A stretch of 44,524 nt of DNA from Clostridia bacterium (GTDB taxonomy: Bacteria; Bacillota; Clostridia; Christensenellales; RUG350), in assembly GCA_045538365.1 (NCBI GenBank), contig JAZSRG010000171.1, positions 1 through 44,524 of the forward strand, given 5' to 3'. The translations under genes were made by a program, and so were the position numbers. Positions within the stretch are counted from its first letter, which is position 1; each line of letters begins with the position of its first letter. Below, in pieces: positions 34,685-41,509 of this stretch. The notes under the pieces are model-generated. The model saw only the letters and a program-made list of their open reading frames with translations. It did no database searches and was not told the DNA's origin.

Positions 34685-34700
34685 CCCGGCGATTTCCGGG
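34685..34700 (+). promoter_or_regulatory. Early-leader hairpin copy 5 (CCCGG-CGATTT-CCGGG), 16 nt upstream of ATG 34717
   Basis: Lies 10 nt after the tRNA 3' end. Confidence 0.7.
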
Positions 34701-34716
34701 CAAAAATCAAAGTATT

Positions 34717-35151
34717 ATGAAATTCAAACTTACTGCATCATTAGACAATTTGGCGAACAAAGCGGGTTTGTCAATCGCTGAATTTTCGGACACCGTTATT
34801 TCTCAACTTATCAAGGCGGAAGCAATAGAGGACATCCCGGATTTGTGGGGACTTACCATTAAAGAAGCGGTTGACGGTGGAACGAATGTAAAAACATTAT
34901 CTGACATTCTGTATAATACCGGAATCCCAATTGTCACAAATCGTCATTTTGATGCGCTGTTGGAACTGGTAATTGTCGGCGAACACGATTGCCCGAAATG
35001 TGGCGGCGAAATGGAAGTTATAGACGGGAAATATAGACGAACTTTCGGCGACGGATATATGACACCATACGAACTTGAACCGGAATGGGAGGACAAAAGA
35101 TGTACTAATTGCGGACATGTTGAGATAGGCACGCGATACGACGAAGAATAA
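34717..35151 (+). CDS. Hypothetical protein with C-terminal zinc ribbon (144 aa)
   Basis: CPKCGGEM ... CTNCGH. The track ORF (34597) runs through the tRNA. ATG 34717 follows the conserved hairpin. Confidence 0.65.
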   Translation: MKFKLTASLDNLANKAGLSIAEFSDTVISQLIKAEAIEDIPDLWGLTIKEAVDGGTNVKTLSDILYNTGIPIVTNRHFDALLELVIVGEHDCPKCGGEMEVIDGKYRRTFGDGYMTPYELEPEWEDKRCTNCGHVEIGTRYDEE

Positions 35152-35167
35152 CTAAAAATATGTAATC

Positions 35168-35410
35168 ATGGAAAAGAATGTAAGATTGAGGGTTAACGAA
35201 GCGATTGCCCGCGCACAAACTAACGGAAAAAAGATATTGAAAAAGGACGTTGCGGCGAAACTTTGGAAAGGTAGAAACGCAACCGCACAGCAAGTCAATA
35301 TGACTGCATTGTGCAACGGTTCAACAAAGCAGATACGCCCGGAATGGGTCGCAATCATTTGCGAAATGTGCGATTGTACGCCGAATTATTTATTTGGATA
35401 TGAGGAATAA
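35168..35410 (+). CDS. Cro/CI-type (XRE-family) HTH transcriptional regulator
   Basis: KKDVAAKLWKGRNATAQQVNMTALCNG ... ICEMCDCTPNYLFGYE has the typical HTH_XRE layout. Confidence 0.6.
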   Translation: MEKNVRLRVNEAIARAQTNGKKILKKDVAAKLWKGRNATAQQVNMTALCNGSTKQIRPEWVAIICEMCDCTPNYLFGYEE

Positions 35411-35417
35411 AAAAGAT

Positions 35418-35555
35418 ATGCCCGTTATCGAAATTGTTTTTTTATGCGGTGCAATTGCATGGTTTATTAAGACTTTACTCGGGTGGGAATTTTTAGTATT
35501 TTTCATTTTCTATTTAGTGTTAAGTTGGTTATTTTCAAAGATTTTCAAAGACTAA
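35418..35555 (+). CDS. Small membrane protein (45 aa)
   Basis: Hand translation MPVIEIVFLCGAIAWFIKTLLGWEFLVFFIFYLVLSWLFSKIFKD. Fills the gap. Confidence 0.4.
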   Translation: MPVIEIVFLCGAIAWFIKTLLGWEFLVFFIFYLVLSWLFSKIFKD

Positions 35556-35561
35556 AACATA

Positions 35562-36833
35562 ATGAGAGCGAAAGAAATAGAAAACGACGCATTGGCGGCA
35601 CTTATGGCAACAGAGCCGGAAAACCGCGCGTTTGAGATTGTCCCCGGAATGACGGTTGAGGAAATGCAATGTATGTTTTTCGACAAAACGGCATTGATTG
35701 AACCCCCGTACAAAGTATTTCAGTTAAACAGCAAGGGACACCGTTATTATTACCGATTCGACGAAAACGGACAACCCGAATTTTTCCCGTCCGTAACAAC
35801 CATTTTGTCGCAGACACTCCCAAAATCGCCATTCCTTATTGAATGGATTGCGTCAAAGGGCATGGACGAAGCGGAACGATACAAGGCGGAACGCGCGGCA
35901 TACGGAACGTTTATGCACGCCCAATTTGAGGAACTTATCATTAACCGCGTGTATAATCTTGATGACCTCAAAGAGAAGTTGAAAACATATATTGAGGTTA
36001 ACAGATTGCCGGACAACTTCATTTATTACGCGGACGACTTGAAAAAGGACGTTTTAGCGTTCGCACAATTCGTCAAAGATTATGACGTGCGCCCGTTGGC
36101 TGTCGAAATTGCGTTGGTACATCCATATTACAAGTATGCCGGAATGATTGATTTGCCGTGTACGATGTTACGCAAGCTGGGCGGAACGGAAAGGATTAAC
36201 GCCATAGTTGATTTTAAGAGTGGGCGCAAAGGTTTTTATGAGGAAGCCGAAATACAATTACATCTTTACAAAATGATGTGGAATGTGACGTTTGAGGAAC
36301 ATCCGATAACAAACGTTTTCAATTTCAGCCCGAAAGATTGGCGCAAAAAACCGTCTTACAACCTCAAAGACCAAACAGACAGCCCGAACGCCGCAAAGAT
36401 TCCGGCATTGTTGGAGATTGCCGCCATTGAGGACGACAAGCGCGACAACATATTTACAGCCGTTTCCGGTTCAATCAGTTTGGACGAACCGCAAGATTTT
36501 ACGGACAACGTTATATCGTTGACATTGGCGGAACTTATCAAGACAAAAGCCCCGGTTGAGGAAACCCCGGACGAAACCACGGACGCAACCGTTGAAGTCA
36601 AGGCGGCAAAGCCGGAAAAAGCCGTTAAAAAGGAAACAAAGACAACAAAGGTTGTCAAGCGTACAGCCAAAAAGACGGACACCGCGAAAAAGGGCGAAAA
36701 CAAGCCCGTCAAGGCTTCCAAATCTTCAAAAGGTACAACCGCACCAAAAAAGGAAGAAAAGCCCGTAAACGCGAAAAAAGAAAAAATTAACGCACAAAAG
36801 AAGTCGTTATTGGCAGACGACCCGGAAATATAG
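35562..36833 (+). CDS. PD-(D/E)XK (RecB/lambda-Exo-like) nuclease with Lys-rich C-terminal tail
   Basis: GTFMHAQFEE, GMIDLPC, IVDFKSGRK (DxK), EIQLHLYK (QxxxY). The last 90 aa or so are K/T/A-rich and histone H1-like. Confidence 0.65.
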   Translation: MRAKEIENDALAALMATEPENRAFEIVPGMTVEEMQCMFFDKTALIEPPYKVFQLNSKGHRYYYRFDENGQPEFFPSVTTILSQTLPKSPFLIEWIASKGMDEAERYKAERAAYGTFMHAQFEELIINRVYNLDDLKEKLKTYIEVNRLPDNFIYYADDLKKDVLAFAQFVKDYDVRPLAVEIALVHPYYKYAGMIDLPCTMLRKLGGTERINAIVDFKSGRKGFYEEAEIQLHLYKMMWNVTFEEHPITNVFNFSPKDWRKKPSYNLKDQTDSPNAAKIPALLEIAAIEDDKRDNIFTAVSGSISLDEPQDFTDNVISLTLAELIKTKAPVEETPDETTDATVEVKAAKPEKAVKKETKTTKVVKRTAKKTDTAKKGENKPVKASKSSKGTTAPKKEEKPVNAKKEKINAQKKSLLADDPEI

Positions 36834-36836
36834 GAT

Positions 36837-37547
36837 ATGAACGGACGTATTATAACAAGACCGGGGACTGAATCGCCCCGGCTTAAATTTCCGAGAATCG
36901 GAAAAATCAAAATCGGAATGAAAAACGCAAAGGGATTCCCGCAAAGTGTGGATTATTTCATTGCAACCGGGAAATATGCCGGATTGTTTACACAAGCATA
37001 CGGCGACAAGCCGCAAACAATCCAAATAGTATTCCCGGACGACGACCCGAAAACGGTATGTTGCGAACAATACGAATATAGGGACGATTCCGGGCGGCTG
37101 ATTGCAACCGGGGACGGGGAAACGTTCAAGGTTTGGAACGGGTCAAGGTATGAGGAAATGACGCGGACGCAATACCCGCATATCATGGAATCAATCGGCA
37201 AACGATACCCAAACAAAGAGTACAAAAAGACCGGGGACGGTTGGCGTGTACGTTTAACGCTTAACTTCATTATTCCAATGGTTCGCGGCGTGGTTGGCGT
37301 TTGGACGTTTGAAACCAACGGCAATGCGTCAACAATCCCGCAAATTACGGATGCGTTCGATACCATGTTAATTGAACGCGGATTTGCAAAGGGTATCATT
37401 TTCGACCTAAACGTTAAGTTTGCGACGACACAGAAGCCCGGCGATAATTCCCGTTTTCCGGTCGTTTCATTGGTAGCCAATGAAAGCGCGGAAAACATAG
37501 CCCGGATAAAAAGAGCAAACGAACCGTTGCAGATTGAAAATAAATAA
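36837..37547 (+). CDS. Hypothetical protein; possible recombination partner of the nuclease (synteny only)
   Basis: 236-aa ORF directly downstream of the PD-(D/E)XK nuclease. I recognise no motif. Confidence 0.6.
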   Translation: MNGRIITRPGTESPRLKFPRIGKIKIGMKNAKGFPQSVDYFIATGKYAGLFTQAYGDKPQTIQIVFPDDDPKTVCCEQYEYRDDSGRLIATGDGETFKVWNGSRYEEMTRTQYPHIMESIGKRYPNKEYKKTGDGWRVRLTLNFIIPMVRGVVGVWTFETNGNASTIPQITDAFDTMLIERGFAKGIIFDLNVKFATTQKPGDNSRFPVVSLVANESAENIARIKRANEPLQIENK

Positions 37548-37556
37548 TTACCTTTG
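37527..37556 (+). promoter_or_regulatory. Promoter P5
   Basis: TTG (37527-29), 19-nt spacer, TACCTTTG (37549-56). Overlaps the stop of the upstream gene. Confidence 0.55.
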
Positions 37557-37561
37557 TAGCG

Positions 37562-37665
37562 TGAAAATCATATTTGGCGGAATATGAGAACAGAAAATTA
37601 TGATACCCAACAAAGTAGATTGACAACCGCCATTGTCCTTTGAAATGTTGGGTATTGCTTTTTTA
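37562..37665 (+). ncRNA. Candidate ~100-nt promoter-to-terminator transcript (sRNA or leader/attenuator)
   Basis: P5 is followed about 45 nt later by a long compound hairpin plus a T tract. Only a 19-codon mini-ORF (37584..37643) lies inside. Confidence 0.3.
37603..37665 (+). terminator. Compound intrinsic terminator
   Basis: ATACCCAACA/TGTTGGGTAT outer stem, inner GACAA-ccgcca-TTGTC, followed by TGCTTTTTT. Confidence 0.65.
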
Positions 37666-37667
37666 CA

Positions 37668-37895
37668 ATGGATAGATACACATTTAGCGAATTAATAAAC
37701 ATGCCCCCGGATGTAAAAATTGAACATCCAATAGGGGAAATCGTACAAATTCAATACGGCGAATGTAAGGTTGTGGAATCTGACGATTATTGCGACGGTT
37801 GCATATTTGAAGATGATTTGAGCGCTTGCACAAATATAATGTGTTGTTCAAGACAAAGAAAGGACGGTAAAAACGTAATATATCAAGAGCAATGA
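37668..37895 (+). CDS. Small Cys-rich protein (75 aa)
   Basis: YGECKV..DYCDGCIFEDDLSACTNIMCCSRQ. Confidence 0.6.
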   Translation: MDRYTFSELINMPPDVKIEHPIGEIVQIQYGECKVVESDDYCDGCIFEDDLSACTNIMCCSRQRKDGKNVIYQEQ

Positions 37896-38689
37896 ACGAC
37901 GTAATTAAAAGGCGGTCAAGGAAAGAGAATTTTACAACCGTCAATAATGAATATTTGCAGGATGCGGCGTTATCATGGAAAGCCAAAGGGCTTATTACTT
38001 ACATTATGAGTTTGCCCCCGGATTGGCGGTTAAACGTCCGAGATTTAAAGAATCGTTCAAAGGACGGGCGCGATGCAACCGCCGCCGGATTGCGTGAACT
38101 TATCGAAAACGGATATTGCCAACGTTTAGAGATACGAAAGAATGGCGGCGAATTTGGGGGCTATTCTTATGAGGTTAGCGACTTGAAAGAGTTTGCACAA
38201 CCGGAAACGGAAAACCCGTTTACGGTAAACCCGGAAACGGAAAACCCGAACACGGGAAATCCGCAACTAATAAATACTAATAATAACCAAGATTCATTTA
38301 TACAAAATACTGATAATAGGGTTGCGCCGCAAACGCTGTTTGCGCCCGAACCCGCCCCGGAATCAAGCGAGAAAAAAACATTGTTTCGTAATTCTGCAAT
38401 CTATCAGTTAGTAAGATTTGACGCGAACGGATGCGGCGATTACAGCGAGTTTGAAAAAAAGTTTGCAACGCCGGAATTTGCCCCGGTTGATTTGGTTTAT
38501 TACTTTCATGCGGTTGCGGATTGGAGCGACCAAAAGAATATGAAACGAACCGCAAACGGTTGGTTGGCGACCGTCCGAAACTTTATCCGTGGCGACATGG
38601 AAAAGAATAAATTGCATTTGAAACAGCAACGCACAACGCCCGGAATTGATATTGGAAACGCTGTTGATTTTCTGAATAATAATTATTGA
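37892..38689 (+). CDS. Replication initiator / replisome-organizer-like wHTH protein (putative)
   Basis: N-terminal FTTVNNEYLQD..LSWKAKGLITYIMSLPPDW..NVRDL and GLRELIENGY are typical of phage DnaD/O-like wHTH proteins. Internal PETENP repeat. Confidence 0.45.
   Translation: MNDVIKRRSRKENFTTVNNEYLQDAALSWKAKGLITYIMSLPPDWRLNVRDLKNRSKDGRDATAAGLRELIENGYCQRLEIRKNGGEFGGYSYEVSDLKEFAQPETENPFTVNPETENPNTGNPQLINTNNNQDSFIQNTDNRVAPQTLFAPEPAPESSEKKTLFRNSAIYQLVRFDANGCGDYSEFEKKFATPEFAPVDLVYYFHAVADWSDQKNMKRTANGWLATVRNFIRGDMEKNKLHLKQQRTTPGIDIGNAVDFLNNNY
38201..38248 (+). repeat. Two exact 18-bp direct repeats (ccggaaacggaaaacccg) spaced 30 bp; iteron-like
   Basis: 38201-38218 and 38231-38248, plus a degenerate third copy (cacgggaaatccg) downstream. 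Lies inside the initiator-like gene. Confidence 0.8.
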
Positions 38690-38691
38690 TT

Positions 38692-39633
38692 ATGGATAAA
38701 TTACCCGCAATCATTGAGAATTTACCCGCCGTTCGGCAAAATGCCGGAATAATGGTTTATGAACCAAAACCGGGAACGCGAGCAATAGACGTGCGCCGAC
38801 AAATCGCAGTCTTGCCGGAAGTGGCGCAAGCCTTGACGCAAGTAGAAAAATATGTGTTTGACGCTTCAACGAAAACACAGATTGCCGAACTTGACGAAAA
38901 GGTTTTTGCGGAAAAAGCCGCACAAATATTGCGGTTCGTCGCTATGGATGTAGGGTATAACATCCCGGCAAATGCGCAAGATTGGGCATATATCCAAGTT
39001 AGATTGTTAGACATAATCAAACGTTATTATTCCCAATTGACATTATCCGACATCAAATTAGCGTTTGAGTTGGCGACGACCGGGGAATTAAACGACTATT
39101 TGCCGAAAGATTCAAAAGGAAACCCGGACAAAAACCATTATCAGAATTTCAACGCCGATTATTTCGCAAAGATTCTGAACGCTTACAAGCGTAAACAATC
39201 CGAGGTTGTCGGGAAAGCATATAACGCCGTACCAAAGCCGAAAAAGGAATTAAGCCCGGATGTAATACGGTTTTACGAAATAATCTGCATTGAAACCAAC
39301 CAACGAATATTTTTGCAATATAAGTACCGGGGCGAACTGATATTTGGGGCGGTGGATGAAATGTTGGTTTACAATTGGTTGGTTGCTGTCGGATTGGCTA
39401 ACCCTATAACGGAAACGGAGCAAGACCGAAAACAAGCCTTAACCCGTTATCTTGACAGAGCCGCCCGGAATATGTTACAACCAAATCAATTTTACGACAT
39501 CCGGACAAAAGGCATTGACAGCCCGGAAATTGATTTTACAGCGTTTGAGATTGCCCGCCGCCGGGAAATTATCGAAACATTCGATTACATGATTGAAAAT
39601 GAAATTTACGTTAATAACTATTTAGATTTATAA
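38692..39633 (+). CDS. Hypothetical replication-module protein (313 aa)
   Basis: First ATG is 38692 (the track start 38686 is TTG). Confidence 0.65.
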   Translation: MDKLPAIIENLPAVRQNAGIMVYEPKPGTRAIDVRRQIAVLPEVAQALTQVEKYVFDASTKTQIAELDEKVFAEKAAQILRFVAMDVGYNIPANAQDWAYIQVRLLDIIKRYYSQLTLSDIKLAFELATTGELNDYLPKDSKGNPDKNHYQNFNADYFAKILNAYKRKQSEVVGKAYNAVPKPKKELSPDVIRFYEIICIETNQRIFLQYKYRGELIFGAVDEMLVYNWLVAVGLANPITETEQDRKQALTRYLDRAARNMLQPNQFYDIRTKGIDSPEIDFTAFEIARRREIIETFDYMIENEIYVNNYLDL

Positions 39634-39637
39634 CACT

Positions 39638-39991
39638 ATGAGAGCGAAAGAAATTAGTTTGGCAACCCCGTTTTATATGGTAAGCCGAGAACAAATTGTT
39701 ATTATTTATCCTACAAGTGTAAGTTATAATCTTAACAGCGAAATTCGCGTTATGTTGGGTGGTCAATATTGGGATGTTATTAAGCAGAATTTTAATAATG
39801 GTTATTTGGGTTGTGAAGATAGGCGTTTTTATTGGGATTTGGAGAAAGCGCAACAATACCAATATCAATTGCGTAAAGAAAGAGCCGAAAAGGTTAAACG
39901 TGAATTGGACGGGAAATATAGAGAGCATGAGGACGCACAACGCCTTTTATATTCTCCATTAAGCAAACCCACAGAACGCCCGATTGAATGA
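39638..39991 (+). CDS. Hypothetical protein (117 aa)
   Basis: ATG ORF. Shares its first 17 nt (MRAKEI) with gene 35562. Confidence 0.6.
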   Translation: MRAKEISLATPFYMVSREQIVIIYPTSVSYNLNSEIRVMLGGQYWDVIKQNFNNGYLGCEDRRFYWDLEKAQQYQYQLRKERAEKVKRELDGKYREHEDAQRLLYSPLSKPTERPIE

Positions 39992-40227
39992 TGAAGAAAC
40001 CACAATATATTGACATGACCGGGGAGCGTTACGGACGTGTTGAAGTGTTGGAATTTGCCGGGCGTAACGAGAACGGGAACGCATTATGGAAATGCCGTTG
40101 CGATTGCGGGGTTGAGTTCATAACATGCCGTTCCAATTTACGCAACGGGACAACGAAAAGTTGCGGTTGTTTGAGGGCTGAAAAAAGTTGTTATAACGCC
40201 CGGAAAGTTTATAATAAAGTTTATTGA
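39988..40227 (+). CDS. Small zinc-binding protein (79 aa)
   Basis: WKCRCDCG ... TKSCGC motif, as found at the N-termini of some phage HNH/AP2-type proteins. Confidence 0.55.
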   Translation: MMKKPQYIDMTGERYGRVEVLEFAGRNENGNALWKCRCDCGVEFITCRSNLRNGTTKSCGCLRAEKSCYNARKVYNKVY

Positions 40228-40228
40228 T

Positions 40229-40948
40229 ATGATAACAAAAGTTCATTGCATGTTTGAGCAATCCGGAACATTCAAAAACCAATTTATCGCATTGGGTATT
40301 GATGCAGAGGATTACGACATACAAAACAATTTCGGACAAACGGACAACGTTATTGATTTGTTCGCCGAAATTGAAAACGCCTATATGGGGGGGGTAAGCA
40401 TATTTGATAATATAAAACAATCCGATTTGATAATTGCATTTTTTCCATGTATTTATTTTGAAGCATTGCAAATGCCGTATTATACGAATAAGAATAACAA
40501 CAATAAGAAAGAGGGCAAAGAAAAGTTTGATATTATTTTAGACAGAATCGAAAAACGCGAAAAGTTATACAAGTTATTATATAAACTTATCGCAATAGTT
40601 GAGATTCGCGGATTAAGGCTAATTATTGAGAACCCGGCAACGCAACCGCATTATCTTTTGTTTGTTGAAAACTTTTATTGTAAGCCGACAATTATAGATA
40701 AAAATAGATTGTTACGCGGGGATTATTATAGAAAACCTACGGCGTATTGGTTTTTTAACATAAAACCTACATACGGAGAGAGTTTCAAAGTGACAAAAGC
40801 CGTTAAAACAATACAAGATGCGGCAAGAGGAAAGGACGGTTTGTGTAGCGAGGAACGGTCAATGATTAGTCCGGAATATGCAAAGAACTTTATTTGTGAT
40901 TTCATATTAGGAAAAGAGAACGAAAACACACAAGCAAGATTATTTTGA
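40229..40948 (+). CDS. Divergent DNA C5-cytosine methyltransferase-like protein (239 aa)
   Basis: MFEQSGTF (motif I-like), FFPCIYFE (PC motif IV-like), IIENPA (ENV-like). Short for the family. Carries an in-frame G8 tract. Confidence 0.4.
   Translation: MITKVHCMFEQSGTFKNQFIALGIDAEDYDIQNNFGQTDNVIDLFAEIENAYMGGVSIFDNIKQSDLIIAFFPCIYFEALQMPYYTNKNNNNKKEGKEKFDIILDRIEKREKLYKLLYKLIAIVEIRGLRLIIENPATQPHYLLFVENFYCKPTIIDKNRLLRGDYYRKPTAYWFFNIKPTYGESFKVTKAVKTIQDAARGKDGLCSEERSMISPEYAKNFICDFILGKENENTQARLF
40387..40394 (+). repeat. Poly-G tract G8 (in frame)
   Basis: tatatGGGGGGGGtaag encodes M-G-G-V. Confidence 0.95.
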
Positions 40949-40949
40949 T

Positions 40950-41507
40950 ATGAAGATTGATTGTATTATCGGAATAGACCCCGGCGCGTCCGGTGGTATC
41001 GTAACATGGCGACCGAACGCCAATACAAAGGCAATCAAAATGCCGCGTAATATTGAGGATTTCCGCGCTTATATGGATTGGGCGAAAACCAATTTTAACC
41101 CAATCGTCTTTATGGAAAAAGTGACCGTAAGACCGGACGACGTGAAAGTTGACGGAACGGCGGCGAACATGGGTAAATTATACCGCGTTCAAAAGATGAT
41201 TGCAGATTTTGAGCAAATGAAAGCGTTGTTGACCGTGTTAAACATTCCTTTCGTATTGGTTAATCCTATGAAGTGGCAAAGCGAATTGGAATTGCGGGTA
41301 ACAGCAAAGGGAAAACCGAAAGAGGAAAAAAGCGACCGAAAAAAGCGTTACCGCGACATTGCCGGGACACTTTACCCGGAAATCGCGCCGACCTTATGGA
41401 ACGCGGATGCAACGTTAATAATGCACTTTGGACGTTACATGTTGCAGAACAAACGCGATTGGGTTTTAGAGAATTTACCAACGAAAATGCACAATACATT
41501 GTTTTAG
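40950..41507 (+). CDS. RuvC-like Holliday junction resolvase
   Basis: IIGIDPGASGG at the N-terminus, FMEKV, and NADATLIMHFG near the C-terminus. Confidence 0.65.
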   Translation: MKIDCIIGIDPGASGGIVTWRPNANTKAIKMPRNIEDFRAYMDWAKTNFNPIVFMEKVTVRPDDVKVDGTAANMGKLYRVQKMIADFEQMKALLTVLNIPFVLVNPMKWQSELELRVTAKGKPKEEKSDRKKRYRDIAGTLYPEIAPTLWNADATLIMHFGRYMLQNKRDWVLENLPTKMHNTLF

Positions 41508-41509
41508 CC

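Noticed and set aside
34597-34716. N-terminal 40 codons of track ORF 34597..35151.
   Set aside because: This stretch is the tRNA-Gln gene plus a leader hairpin. The real start is most likely ATG 34717, 16 nt after the conserved hairpin.
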